A stretch of DNA of 64,000 nt from Candidatus Enterousia sp. (GTDB lineage Bacteria > Pseudomonadota > Alphaproteobacteria > Rs-D84). Each line of letters opens with the position of its first letter. Within the stretch, counting starts at the first letter, position 1. Below, piece after piece: positions 1 to 11,174 of this stretch. A model generated the notes under the pieces. The model ran no database searches, was not told the DNA's origin, and saw only the letters and a program-made list of their open reading frames with translations. The position numbers and the translations under genes are program-made. The stretch covers positions 10,254 to 74,253 of the forward strand of contig JAZQCF010000017.1 in NCBI GenBank assembly GCA_045546075.1, read 5' to 3'.

Positions 1-116
1 GCGTCGTGAAAGAGGTTACATACACAGACCCAAATGGCGGAAAAATGGTTCCGGTGGCAAATGTCGCGGTTGAAGAATTTGTGGAAGATTGTGACGGCGG
101 AACCTGTGGAATGTAG
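1..116 (+). CDS. 3' end of an ORF cut by the window edge (hypothetical, Cys-containing C-terminus)
   Basis: Frame 3 is open from position 3 to TAG at 114-116 (...VEEFVEDCDGGTCGM*). The CxGGTC tail loosely resembles the C-terminus (CSGGTCQC) of the secreted paralog at 23878-24381. Absent from the ORF track because it has no start in the window. Confidence 0.3.
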   Translation, partial: VVKEVTYTDPNGGKMVPVANVAVEEFVEDCDGGTCGM

Positions 117-141
117 TTTGTTTTGGTGAACGCAAAAAGAC

Positions 142-169
142 TTGACAAAAGATTTTATTCGTGTATAGT
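142..169 (+). promoter_or_regulatory. sigma70-like promoter (TTGACA-N16-TATAGT)
   Basis: TTGACA at 142-147 and TATAGT at 164-169, about 40 nt upstream of the ATG at 209. Confidence 0.5.
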
Positions 170-208
170 CACGTTCACCAGAGAGATACTTTGAAAAAGG
201 TGTTGAAT

Positions 209-349
209 ATGGCAGATATAAAAGATGTAAATAAGGCAAACAAAAAAATGGCGTTTCGTATGGGTGGGGAAAATGTTGTAAACCTTATGGCAGAGTTACA
301 GAAACGCGGTGTAAAATTACAAGAACCCCAGGATACAGTATTGCGATAA
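209..349 (+). CDS. small hypothetical protein (46 aa)
   Basis: ORF 161-349 trimmed to the ATG at 209 (MADIKDV...), which lies downstream of the -10 box and after AAAGGTG. A hairpin plus T-run follows. Confidence 0.4.
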   Translation: MADIKDVNKANKKMAFRMGGENVVNLMAELQKRGVKLQEPQDTVLR

Positions 350-380
350 ATTTTGGGGATGTCGCGTGGCGTTTTTTTGG

Positions 381-411
381 CGGTGGTGCGTATGCGCCAC
401 CGTGCTTTTTT
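381..411 (+). terminator. Rho-independent terminator
   Basis: Imperfect hairpin CGGTGGTGCG/CGCCACCG followed by TGCTTTTTT. Confidence 0.5.
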
Positions 412-455
412 ACCGATAAATAAGAAATTATAGTGAACAGTAAAAATACCTGGAA

Positions 456-480
456 CAAAAAAACGGGGCGAACGCCCCGC
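456..480 (-). terminator. Rho-independent terminator downstream of eno and the small membrane gene
   Basis: Hairpin CGGGGCGAACGCCCCG (464-479). The A-run 457-463 on the + strand reads as a 7-nt T-run after the hairpin on the minus strand. Confidence 0.7.
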
Positions 481-506
481 GTATATTCACTAACCGTTTA
501 CACTAA

Positions 507-716
507 TTACTTTTTCACCGCCCAAATCAGGGCCAACAACCAACCGATGCCGGTCCAACCAAATACCCATGATGCAACGCGGATGCGCATCGCGTCCGCT
601 TTGCCTTTCTTGGTTTGCGCGGCCAGGTATGCCGGTGCCAATATAATCGCAACCAGCAACCCCGCCGCCACAACATATTTAATGATTAAAATCGTGTCAT
701 TGTCGATTTGCATCAC
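507..716 (-). CDS. small membrane protein, superinfection-immunity (Imm_superinfect)-like
   Basis: 69-aa ORF with two hydrophobic segments and the C-terminal motif FGWTGIGWLLALIWA, as I recall it from that family. Lies 3 nt downstream of eno on the same strand. Confidence 0.5.
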   Translation of the reverse strand: MMQIDNDTILIIKYVVAAGLLVAIILAPAYLAAQTKKGKADAMRIRVASWVFGWTGIGWLLALIWAVKK

Positions 717-719
717 AAA

Positions 720-1997
<1,278 letters not shown>

Positions 1998-2073
1998 TTA
2001 CTTATGTTCTTTTTTTTCTTGTTCGAATGTGTTATAATATAACAACGAAACGGAAGAAAAAGAATAAAAAAAT

Positions 2074-5000
2074 ATGATAAAAAAACTGGCCCCCATTATA
2101 TATTGCTTGACACCGTTGTGTGCACTGGCAGACGTGATTACCGAGACCGGGACCCCCGGTGTTCCCACACCGTTTTCCGGTAATTTAACCGTTACAACCG
2201 ATTCGTATCGATTCGTATATGGGTCGGGGATAAACGTAACGGGGGGAATAAATACCGCCGGTGGATTCTATATTGGGCAAGATGCGGGTGCAAATCCAAA
2301 CGTTGGTGCGATTTATGCCGAAACGACAATCAATCCAAATTATGTGGTGACGGCGGCCGATGCGATTACGATTGGCGGGCCGTTACAGGTTAAATCTGGG
2401 TATAACCTGACCATTGGGGGGGCGGGTTCTGCGGTGGATTTGACCGTGGGTAAGGTTGATATTTATGGCGACTTGACGGTTTCAAATGTGGGGGCGGTGT
2501 CGTTTGCTGAATTTACTTCAACGAATGCGGATGCGACAATAAATGGAACATCGTTAACAATAGGAAACGGTAAATTTCAGGCATTGGGGGCCGGGGATAC
2601 AACCGTGAATATTGGAACGGGTGCGTTTAATGTTGCAAACGGCGCGATTGAAAACAAATCGTCGGGCGATATGACAATTACCGCCGGTGCGATTACCGCG
2701 CAAACCATCACGAACGAGGCAAATGAACCCAACAGTCCGGTTGGTGATTTGACGATAAATGCGGCATCTTTGACATTGACCGGCGGGGATGCAACGACAA
2801 ATGCGTCTTTTGTGAACAAGGGTAATTTTACCGGTGTCATTACCGGCGCGACAAATTTGGCGCACGGGTTTGATTTGGGTTCCATGGGCGCAACAAACAA
2901 ATTTAATTTAACAACGGGAACTTTGGTGTTGGGTGACCGTATCGCAGAATTCTATACAAATAATTTGAATTCGTTTGTGTTAAACGTAACCGGTGGCGGA
3001 ATTGATGCCGGGGCAAATGCGATTCGTAATGGAACAACAAATGACAATGCCGGTATGACATTGACCGCCCAGACTGTTGCGGCGGCGGGTATTGAAAATT
3101 TGGCGACGTTGAATATCACATCAAACGGTGCCGTTAATATGACGGGTGATGTGGTGAATTCGGGTGCGTTGGATGTTTCGGGAACTGTGTTTACGTTGGC
3201 AAACATAAATAATTCTGGGGCGGCGACGCTTTCGGGGTCGGGCGCGTTTGGTGCCAATGCAATCAGTAATTTGGCGGGCGCAGAATCTTTGACCGTTTCG
3301 GGAACCGGGGTTACCGCATCGGGTTTGATTTCAAACAATGCCGGAACAATGACGGTCCAGGCGACAAATGGTAATGTTGGCGCATTGGGATTGGTGGCAA
3401 ATGCCGGAACAATGAATGTTTCCGGTGAAACATTGAATATTGGCACATCCGGTATCGATGTCGGCGCAAATGGTTCTTTGAATACAACGGGTGATATTAT
3501 TTCAGGGGGCGAGATATCAGTTGCAAATAACCTGACGGCGGGAAGTGGTGCGGCCGCGGCGGGTGATATGGCCGTGTCTGGCGGTGTTGTCGATATAACC
3601 GTGAACAATAATGAAAAATTGTCCGTTGGTGGCAATGTTACCGCAACCGGGGGTGGCGTTGGAATGAACATAGACGCGCACACAATGGAAATTAACGGCG
3701 GTGTTTCGGCGACCGATTCGGGTAAATTGGCCTTTGGTGTGTCGGGCGGTTCAAATTATGCACTTTCGGTTGAAAATAATTTGTCGGCAACAAATGGCGG
3801 TGAAGTTTATTTATATACCAACAACGCGAGAGTATCCCAGGCAATTACAGAAAATTCCGGTTTGATTTATACAACCGATACAAATATAACCGCGGGTTCG
3901 GTTGTGGTTCAGGGTGGACTGTATTTTGATGGCGCATCGCATACAAACGGTTTTGTCGTCGATTCAGGTAATGCGTTCACGCTGAATGCGGCCCAGTTTA
4001 CATTTAACGGTGGTGGAAATGTTGCAGTCGACAATACATTAAACGTATTGCGTTTTGGCGATGCCCAGAGTTTTGTAAATATGTCGGGGACGTTTACAAA
4101 TGCCGGAACCGTTAACGTTGGCGCAAATGACAGAAGGTTTGGTTCGGTTGGACTTGGAACATTGACCAACAATGGGACGTTTAATGTTTGGACGAATCTG
4201 GTTACCGGTGGAGATATCACGAACAATACAGATGGAATTTTGACCTTGAATTCCACGGGTAATGTAACATTGGCCAATTTGACAAATGATGGTTCGGCGG
4301 ATGTTTCGGGTGCGGCGGTCGCCCTGGGGACGGTTGTGGCGAATTCTGGGAATGCAACGGGCGGGGGACTGCGCGTGAACGGAACCTCTGTGATGGCGAA
4401 TTCGTTAAGCGTTCAATCGGTGGTGGGTGCATTGGATATAAATGCGCCAAGCATCAAGATTACTGGGGCGGTAGATACGAACGGCGGTGTGTTGCACCAA
4501 GGTGCCGGTTCAACCAGTGCGATAAATTTATTGGCGGCCGAATTCACGTTTAATTCTGGTGCGTGGAATATGGATTCTTTCGTTGCGGACGGCGGAATTG
4601 GAACATATAACGTGACGGGCGCAATGAATTTTGGAACAGGTGTTATTGTTGAAAATGGTGCGCGCGTGAACTTTAAGCGCGATAATATTGATGCGCCGTT
4701 ATTTTCCGTCGCGGGCAATTTGGTCCAGAATATGTCTGGCACGGACCAAGATGGCACAGTTAATATGATATCGAACAATTTCACATTACGCGCGAATAAT
4801 GTCAACGTTGGTGGTGATATAAATGTGAATAAATTTACAATCGCGAATTTGAACGCGCCAAACGGTATGAAAATTGACGTTACCGGAAATGTTTCGGGGG
4901 GGCTGGGGATTATGGGCCTGGAATATATGACGGTTGGTGAAAATTATACGTTTGATGGTAACAGCAAACTGTTGGCAATCGCAAATTCATCGTCCACGCA

Positions 5001-6642
5001 CGATTATTGGACCGATGTAGATTTTTCGGGCGCAGAACCGTTGATAAATCCGTTGACCGGTGGCGAGACCGCGTTGATAAGCGTTAATGGTAAAATAATA
5101 AATAACGCAGCCGGATTAGATATGGGCAACACGCCGACAGATTTGGCGAATTCTCAGTTTGGTATCGTATTGACCCAGGCGGTAACGGAATCCAGTGCGT
5201 TATGGTTGGCGCACGCGGAGGCGGGGATTGAAGGGTTGCGTTTCAATCAATTAAGTGTCGGTTTCTGTAATGCCGATGGAACGCATTGTGTAAATTACTT
5301 GGATGCATTTAATACTAATAATGGTGCGGGTGAAAACCTGCCGGTGTATTTGGTAACGGTTGATAACGATTTGTATGTCGTGTTTGATACGCGCTTTGGT
5401 GAACCGATTGGTTTGTTCAAATTACAGCCGGTTGTTGGCGCAACGCCGGGACACACGTTGGGTGAATGGCAATCGGCCGGCGCGTTGGACGATGTGATTG
5501 AGGCCGCATTGGCGAATCTGGGGTACACTTACGAAACGGCGGTTTTGCCGGTGGTGGCAACTTTGTTTAACGGAACGCCATTGGAACGCGTGGACAGCGA
5601 ACTGTATGCGCGTATGTTTGATTATTCCCAGACCGGAAATGGAAAGGTGATTCGCGCCTTCAGCCGTCTGTTCCAGTTGCGCGAAGCGAACCAGATTGCG
5701 GACAGTTTGGCCCTGAACACACATACAAATTTCCGTGATATGGCCGATAGATTTATTGACGAGGCAATTTGGAATCGTAATCGTCGTTTGAATAAACTTT
5801 GGATTGATGGTTCGTATGGTATGTTCACGAACGATTTTGATGATATTCGTGGTGATGGTGACCGTTTCAGCCTTAGTTTCGGTTATGATTGGCAGGCGAA
5901 CAATACCCTGATTTTGGGTTGGATGGTGCATGGGTCATATACGGATGCGAACGTTGTTGATGATATAGATTTGGGTTATGGTAATACGGGACGTATTGCG
6001 GGCCGTATGGAATCGAATATGACAAATTTGTCGGTTGGCGGTGGACTTTATTTCTTGAACACACTGTCGAACAAGATGCGCCTGTATGGGGACGCGATGA
6101 TTGATGTGAATATGATTGATGTCGAACGCAACCAGACATGGGTTGATACGATTAAGGGTGATGCAACATCGTTCGGTGCCGTTGCCGAATTGGGGTTGAT
6201 ACACGATTGGCTGAATCAGTATATTATTGGTAATCTGTATGTGCGTGGTGGATATAACTTTGGTTTTGATATGACCGAAAAGGTTGGGGATGCGGATTAT
6301 ATGAAATTGGAATTTGATGGGTACCCAATTTTGACACCGGGTTATTCGTTGATGGTACAAAAACGTGTATATCCGTCTGCGTGGTTTGAATTCCGCCCGT
6401 ATGCAACGGTTGGTATAGAATATGATTTGTTGGGTTCGCCGGATACGATGCAATATAAATTCGCAATGGCGAATAAATGGACCGATTATAATATAGATGT
6501 TGATGCACTGTGGGCAAATGCGGGTGCGGGTGTGGAATTCCTGTGGGTGAACGGGTTACACATTGGTGCGGGTTATCGGTACCAATATAATGCCGATGTC
6601 CAGATGCACAAAATCCACGCGTCTGTGAAATACCGGTTTTAA
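2074..6642 (+). CDS. autotransporter outer-membrane protein (large beta-helical passenger plus C-terminal beta-barrel)
   Basis: 1522-aa ORF. It has a signal peptide (MIKKLAPIIYCLTPLCALA), a long Gly/Asn/Thr/Ala-rich repetitive passenger, and a C-terminal barrel-like region ending in the aromatic ...SVKYRF. Confidence 0.85.
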   Translation: MIKKLAPIIYCLTPLCALADVITETGTPGVPTPFSGNLTVTTDSYRFVYGSGINVTGGINTAGGFYIGQDAGANPNVGAIYAETTINPNYVVTAADAITIGGPLQVKSGYNLTIGGAGSAVDLTVGKVDIYGDLTVSNVGAVSFAEFTSTNADATINGTSLTIGNGKFQALGAGDTTVNIGTGAFNVANGAIENKSSGDMTITAGAITAQTITNEANEPNSPVGDLTINAASLTLTGGDATTNASFVNKGNFTGVITGATNLAHGFDLGSMGATNKFNLTTGTLVLGDRIAEFYTNNLNSFVLNVTGGGIDAGANAIRNGTTNDNAGMTLTAQTVAAAGIENLATLNITSNGAVNMTGDVVNSGALDVSGTVFTLANINNSGAATLSGSGAFGANAISNLAGAESLTVSGTGVTASGLISNNAGTMTVQATNGNVGALGLVANAGTMNVSGETLNIGTSGIDVGANGSLNTTGDIISGGEISVANNLTAGSGAAAAGDMAVSGGVVDITVNNNEKLSVGGNVTATGGGVGMNIDAHTMEINGGVSATDSGKLAFGVSGGSNYALSVENNLSATNGGEVYLYTNNARVSQAITENSGLIYTTDTNITAGSVVVQGGLYFDGASHTNGFVVDSGNAFTLNAAQFTFNGGGNVAVDNTLNVLRFGDAQSFVNMSGTFTNAGTVNVGANDRRFGSVGLGTLTNNGTFNVWTNLVTGGDITNNTDGILTLNSTGNVTLANLTNDGSADVSGAAVALGTVVANSGNATGGGLRVNGTSVMANSLSVQSVVGALDINAPSIKITGAVDTNGGVLHQGAGSTSAINLLAAEFTFNSGAWNMDSFVADGGIGTYNVTGAMNFGTGVIVENGARVNFKRDNIDAPLFSVAGNLVQNMSGTDQDGTVNMISNNFTLRANNVNVGGDINVNKFTIANLNAPNGMKIDVTGNVSGGLGIMGLEYMTVGENYTFDGNSKLLAIANSSSTHDYWTDVDFSGAEPLINPLTGGETALISVNGKIINNAAGLDMGNTPTDLANSQFGIVLTQAVTESSALWLAHAEAGIEGLRFNQLSVGFCNADGTHCVNYLDAFNTNNGAGENLPVYLVTVDNDLYVVFDTRFGEPIGLFKLQPVVGATPGHTLGEWQSAGALDDVIEAALANLGYTYETAVLPVVATLFNGTPLERVDSELYARMFDYSQTGNGKVIRAFSRLFQLREANQIADSLALNTHTNFRDMADRFIDEAIWNRNRRLNKLWIDGSYGMFTNDFDDIRGDGDRFSLSFGYDWQANNTLILGWMVHGSYTDANVVDDIDLGYGNTGRIAGRMESNMTNLSVGGGLYFLNTLSNKMRLYGDAMIDVNMIDVERNQTWVDTIKGDATSFGAVAELGLIHDWLNQYIIGNLYVRGGYNFGFDMTEKVGDADYMKLEFDGYPILTPGYSLMVQKRVYPSAWFEFRPYATVGIEYDLLGSPDTMQYKFAMANKWTDYNIDVDALWANAGAGVEFLWVNGLHIGAGYRYQYNADVQMHKIHASVKYRF

Positions 6643-6663
6643 TTAGTGATTAGTGATGAGTAA
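6643..6663 (+). repeat. TTAGTGR heptamer array (3 units) directly after the autotransporter stop codon
   Basis: TAA(6640-6642)|TTAGTGA TTAGTGA TGAGTAA. Confidence 0.85.
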
Positions 6664-6664
6664 A

Positions 6665-6690
6665 AACCCGCGGGAAACCGCGGTTTTTTA
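6665..6690 (+). terminator. Rho-independent terminator
   Basis: Hairpin CCCGCGG-GAAA-CCGCGG (6667-6683) flanked by an A-run and TTTTTT; potentially bidirectional. Confidence 0.75.
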
Positions 6691-6703
6691 TATGTTTGTG
6701 GGG

Positions 6704-6838
6704 TGGTCAAAAACGAACGTTTTTGTCCAGTACTTTTTTGATATTTTTCAAATTATAAGAAATGGCGGAAATCCGCCATTTTTAATTGACAAATACTCAT
6801 TTTAGACTGGTCACAAAAAACGTTCCTTTTTTGTTACC
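6704..6838 (+). promoter_or_regulatory. conserved 5' module of the secreted-paralog family, copy 1: two palindromes bracketing about 76 bp
   Basis: The outer palindromes are TGGTCAAAAACG-AA-CGTTTTTGTCCAG (6704-6730) and CTGGTCACAAAAAACG-TT-CCTTTTTTGTTACC (6807-6838). The inner segment carries TTGACA (6786-6791, facing the gene) and a perfect TATAAT on the bottom strand (6752-6757, facing away). Near-identical copies lie at 20096-20236 and 24412-24526. Confidence 0.7.
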
Positions 6839-6844
6839 ATTATA

Positions 6845-7005
6845 GGTGTAAAACAACGCCGTCATCCCGTTGTAAAACGGGATCTGGTGGTTCACGACGA
6901 GACTGACGAGATCCCGCGTTATACCACCCACAAAATTTTTCAAATTTTGCGGGGCCTGGTGTCGCGGGATGACGGAAGAAAGGCGGGATGACGGTGGAAA
7001 AAAAC
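6845..7005. repeat. GC-rich mosaic palindromic repeat (REP/RPE-like) inserted in the 5' leader
   Basis: Contains CGTCATCCCG...CGGGATC, GATCCCGCG...CGCGGGATGACG and GGCGGGATGACGG, plus a CCCACAAAATTTTT-CAAATTTTGCGGGG hairpin (6925-6958). GGGATGACG motifs recur at 9186-9196 and 21030-21040. This block is absent from the equivalent leaders of the paralogs. Confidence 0.6.
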
Positions 7006-7021
7006 AAAAAAGAGGGAAAAT

Positions 7022-7110
7022 ATGAGCAAAACATTATTCATTGGTGCGGTCGCATCAATTATCGCAATCAATTCAGTTTTGGCGGATACAACCGTTACAT
7101 CAAAAACGTT
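7022..7110 (+). pseudogene. 5' fragment (signal peptide only) of a secreted-paralog family gene
   Basis: The first 29 codons (MSKTLFIGAVASIIAINSVLADTTVTSKT) are near-identical in DNA to the 5' end of 23878-24381. Homology stops at the palindrome 7100-7122, and the rest of the 72-aa ORF runs through a terminator into the convergent gene. Confidence 0.6.
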
Positions 7111-7132
7111 CGTTTTTGACCACCCCGTACAT

Positions 7133-7163
7133 ACAAAAAACGCCCGGAAATCGGGCGATTTTT
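7133..7163. terminator. bidirectional Rho-independent terminator
   Basis: AAAAAA-CGCCCGG-AAA-TCGGGCG-ATTTTT, between the gene fragment (+) and the convergent 7197-8855 gene (-). Confidence 0.7.
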
Positions 7164-7196
7164 GTTGGGCAACAGAACAGGGAATCCGTTTTGTTT

Positions 7197-8855
7197 TTAT
7201 TCCAATGTGCCCAGGTGATATGCGGCCCCGCCGGACATAATGTTCATTGAATTCGCGCCGCCATCGCCCAATTCCATTGGCGTATAGCATACCGTTCCAT
7301 TGTGTTTAATATGCAATGCCGGCGTGGTTGGACTGGTGTCAAACAGCGGAAATTCCAACCCAGTGGATGTTTTGATTTTTGTAATCCCCGCACCACAGTC
7401 TTGATAACAAACATCGTTATATATGTGTTCGGTTGGATTTGCCTGGCATACGGCCCGATTATCAACCAGGCTTTCCCCCCAACCGGTTTCGGCGGACATG
7501 CTTCCGCACGGACATTCAGTATATAAATTTGTTTCTTCAAACATAAAGTCAGTGCCATATTCGCCGGGCGATGTTATATTTTCAAAAATGTTTTTTGGTA
7601 CATACCCCGATAGGTTTGAACAACCATAAAACGTCTCCGCGAACATCGCAAATGCACCTTCACCCGATAAATTACCAAATAAATTTTCAGGTATTGAACC
7701 AGTTATACCGCTTAATGCGAAAGTGCCGTTAAACATGTTTTCTGCCGGTGCACCGGAAATCCCACTGAATAAGTTTCCTGGGATTGAGCCGTTCAGTCCA
7801 CTGCAGCCTGAAAAAGTTTCGCTAAACATGTTTTCTGCCGGTGCACCGGAAATCCCGCCGAATAAGTTTCCTGGGATTGAGCCGGTTATACCGGTTGCTG
7901 CGAAAGTGCTTCTAAACATGCCTTTTGCCGGTGCACCGTAAATCCCACTGAATAAGTTTTCCGAAATTGAACCGGTTATACCGGTGTAGGTGAATGTCCT
8001 TGCAAACATAGATTCTGCCGGTGCGCCGGAAATTCCACTGAACAACCCCTCTGGAATTGAACCGGTTAATCCGCTACAATAGTCAAATGTACTTGCAAAC
8101 ATAGATTTTGCCGGTGCGCCGGAAATTCCACTGAACAACCCCTCTGGAATTGAACCGCTTAAGTAACGGCATCCTGAGAATGTACTTGCAAACATAGATT
8201 CTGCCGGTGCACCAGAAATTCCGCTGAACAATCCATCCGGAATTGAACCGTATAGCAGACTATCAGCGAATGTACGGTAAAACATGTTACTAACGGGGGC
8301 ACCAACTATACCAGTAAAAAGTTCCTCAGGAATTGTGAAATCTATGTTCCAATCCCCACAACCCTCAAAAGTAGATATAAAACGTGGTTGTGAAGTCCCT
8401 ATTGTTGGAAATATCGCGCCCAGCGAACCGGATATTGCCTCAATAACATTTGGATTTTCATTAAATCGTATGGTCGAAACATTGGTTGTATTGTATCCCG
8501 TTGCCATTCCGCCAAAGCGAATTTGATCATATACATCATACTGGTATGTGCATGTATATGTTGCTTCAGTTGTATCGGTACGGGTGATGGTTTTTCCGGA
8601 TACGCCGGTGCCGGACAGTGTGCCGCCATCGCCACAATCAACATAAAAAGTTCCCTGGGCGGATATATTGAAATTGAAAACAAATGGGTCGTAATAAAGC
8701 ATAAACCGAATCGCGAACTTCGCCGTTTCGCATTGGGTGCCGTCGCCCAAAACGTCTATTTCGTTTTCGGCACATGCCGCGCGTGCAACCGTTGGCATCA
8801 TATACATTATGCCCATGATAATTGTGATGATGATTGTTTTTAATGGCTTTAACAT
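7197..8855 (-). CDS. secreted protein with about eight 30-aa tandem repeats (LRR-like) and a Cys-rich C-terminal domain
   Basis: Signal peptide MLKPLKTIIITIIMGIMYMMPTVARA; repeats of the form GSIPxxLFSGISGAPAxxMFxxTF(SGC). Start set at the ATG 9 nt after GGGGGG; the ATG at 8864 and the ORF-track start at 8915 are alternatives. The LRR assignment is only pattern-based. Confidence 0.7.
   Translation of the reverse strand: MLKPLKTIIITIIMGIMYMMPTVARAACAENEIDVLGDGTQCETAKFAIRFMLYYDPFVFNFNISAQGTFYVDCGDGGTLSGTGVSGKTITRTDTTEATYTCTYQYDVYDQIRFGGMATGYNTTNVSTIRFNENPNVIEAISGSLGAIFPTIGTSQPRFISTFEGCGDWNIDFTIPEELFTGIVGAPVSNMFYRTFADSLLYGSIPDGLFSGISGAPAESMFASTFSGCRYLSGSIPEGLFSGISGAPAKSMFASTFDYCSGLTGSIPEGLFSGISGAPAESMFARTFTYTGITGSISENLFSGIYGAPAKGMFRSTFAATGITGSIPGNLFGGISGAPAENMFSETFSGCSGLNGSIPGNLFSGISGAPAENMFNGTFALSGITGSIPENLFGNLSGEGAFAMFAETFYGCSNLSGYVPKNIFENITSPGEYGTDFMFEETNLYTECPCGSMSAETGWGESLVDNRAVCQANPTEHIYNDVCYQDCGAGITKIKTSTGLEFPLFDTSPTTPALHIKHNGTVCYTPMELGDGGANSMNIMSGGAAYHLGTLE
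7650..8335 (-). repeat. about 90-bp tandem coding repeats (some units near-identical)
   Basis: The AAACATG/AAACATA landmark recurs at 7731, 7824, 7914, 8004, 8097, 8190 and 8280. Units 8003-8065, 8095-8160 and 8185-8250 are almost identical, as are 7732-7795 and 7822-7885. Confidence 0.85.
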
Positions 8856-9134
8856 TTGGCGCATCCCCCCGTTTGGTTCACGGTTTATGTGCGCACAAAA
8901 AAAATTGGACGGCACATCAACCGGTCCAATGGCGTTTTCCCCAAATAAAAAGCCTTGGAATTAAATTCTTGTGTTTGCTTGGTTCAAAATCTGGTTAGAT
9001 TATATCAAAAATGTGAATTTATGGCAAGGGGAAAATCTTGCCACAGACATCCACACCCCGTCGGGTTACACCCGCCACCCCTCTCTAGAGGGGAACTTTT
9101 TGTCTCGCGCAGGCGCGCGAACATAAAATTAACT

Positions 9135-9213
9135 GTCTGCGACGCAAGTTTACGGCGTTGCCGTAAACTGGGTCCCGCGCTTCCGCGGGATGACGAAAGA
9201 TGAAGGTCTGCGA
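9135..9213. repeat. 63-bp GC-rich hairpin element flanked by 8-bp direct repeats (MITE/REP-like)
   Basis: GTCTGCGA at 9135-9142 and 9206-9213 flanks TTTACGGC-GTT-GCCGTAAA and CCCGCG-CTTC-CGCGGG hairpins followed by ATGACG. More GC hairpins lie just upstream, such as CCCCTC-TCTA-GAGGGG. Confidence 0.5.
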
Positions 9214-9230
9214 GTGTGGGGCAGACAAAA

Positions 9231-9259
9231 ACGGTTGCGATTTGCAACCGTTTTTTTTA
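9231..9259. terminator. Rho-independent terminator downstream of ssb (bidirectional shape)
   Basis: ACGGTTGC-GATT-TGCAACCGT flanked by AAAAA and TTTTTTTT. Confidence 0.75.
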
Positions 9260-9276
9260 TTTATCATCAATGTTTA

Positions 9277-9729
9277 TTAAAACGGAATATCGTCGCCGAT
9301 TTCAGAGATTGACATTTCTTCGGCCGGTGCCGGTGCCGCCGGGGCGGACGCACCCGCGGTCATTGCATCCATTGACTTTGCGCCCGACAAAATTACCATC
9401 GTGCCGGCGAATTGATTCAAGACAACCTCGGTCGTGTAGGTGTCGATTCCTTGCTGGTTCTGCCATTTGCGGGTACGAAGGGAACCTTCTAAATAAAGTT
9501 TGGTGCCCTTTTGTAACATACGTTCAGCAACCTCTACCAAATTTGGGTTAAATATGACAACGCGGTGCCATTCGGTTTGTTCCTTTTGTTCGCCGGTCGC
9601 GCGGTCGCGCCAACGATCCGATGTTGCCAATGAAAAACTGACCACCTTTTGCCCACTTTGCATTGTGCGGACCTGGGGTTCTTGGCCGATATTACCAACC
9701 AATATTACTTTGTTTATGCTGCCTGCCAT
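9277..9729 (-). CDS. ssb: single-stranded DNA-binding protein
   Basis: ORF 9277-9873 trimmed to [18 protein letters not shown].... It has an OB-fold core, an Ala/Pro linker and the acidic tip DDIPF. Confidence 0.93.
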   Translation of the reverse strand: MAGSINKVILVGNIGQEPQVRTMQSGQKVVSFSLATSDRWRDRATGEQKEQTEWHRVVIFNPNLVEVAERMLQKGTKLYLEGSLRTRKWQNQQGIDTYTTEVVLNQFAGTMVILSGAKSMDAMTAGASAPAAPAPAEEMSISEIGDDIPF

Positions 9730-9814
9730 TTTCGCTTCCTTTGGTTTATATATACTTTCATTGAAGCAATATTTACAATCAAAATCAAGAAAAATGTCCA
9801 GACCCGTAATAGAC

Positions 9815-9843
9815 TTGACTTTTTTGGGAAAAAGGACTATAAT
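9815..9843 (+). promoter_or_regulatory. sigma70-like promoter of rho (TTGACT-N17-TATAAT)
   Basis: TTGACT at 9815-9820 and TATAAT at 9838-9843, about 60 nt upstream of the rho ATG. Confidence 0.6.
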
Positions 9844-9902
9844 AATGGCATCAATCGGGCGCGTTCGCGTCACGAAATATCCCAGATATCAAAGGAATTA
9901 TT

Positions 9903-11171
<1,269 letters not shown>

Positions 11172-11174
11172 AGC

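Noticed and set aside
2554-6517. Many 70-240-aa ORFs on the minus strand and in other + frames inside the autotransporter gene (for example 2952-3683, 4413-4805, 5422-5931, 5935-6453)
   Set aside because: They are shadow ORFs of a long, compositionally biased repetitive gene. Their translations are low-complexity (P/V/A/T/F-rich or R/H/I-rich), they lack start context, and they lie fully inside a 1522-aa ORF with clear autotransporter features.
6786-6808. TTGACA (6786-6791) plus TAGACT (6803-6808) as a complete sigma70 promoter for the secreted-paralog genes
   Set aside because: The spacing is only 11 nt in both copies that have it, which is too short for a standard -35/-10 pair. The element is kept only as a conserved motif inside the candidate invertible segment, not as a called promoter.
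9730-9873. N-terminal extensions offered by the ORF track. The ssb extension spans the coordinates given here. Similar extensions occur on tig, leuS, lpxB, rpiB, the PHP protein, the response regulator, the kinase, tolR, the 21110 ORF and others.
   Set aside because: In each case an internal ATG or GTG with a Shine-Dalgarno-like sequence gives the canonical protein N-terminus. The extension overlaps promoters, terminators, repeats or the upstream gene.
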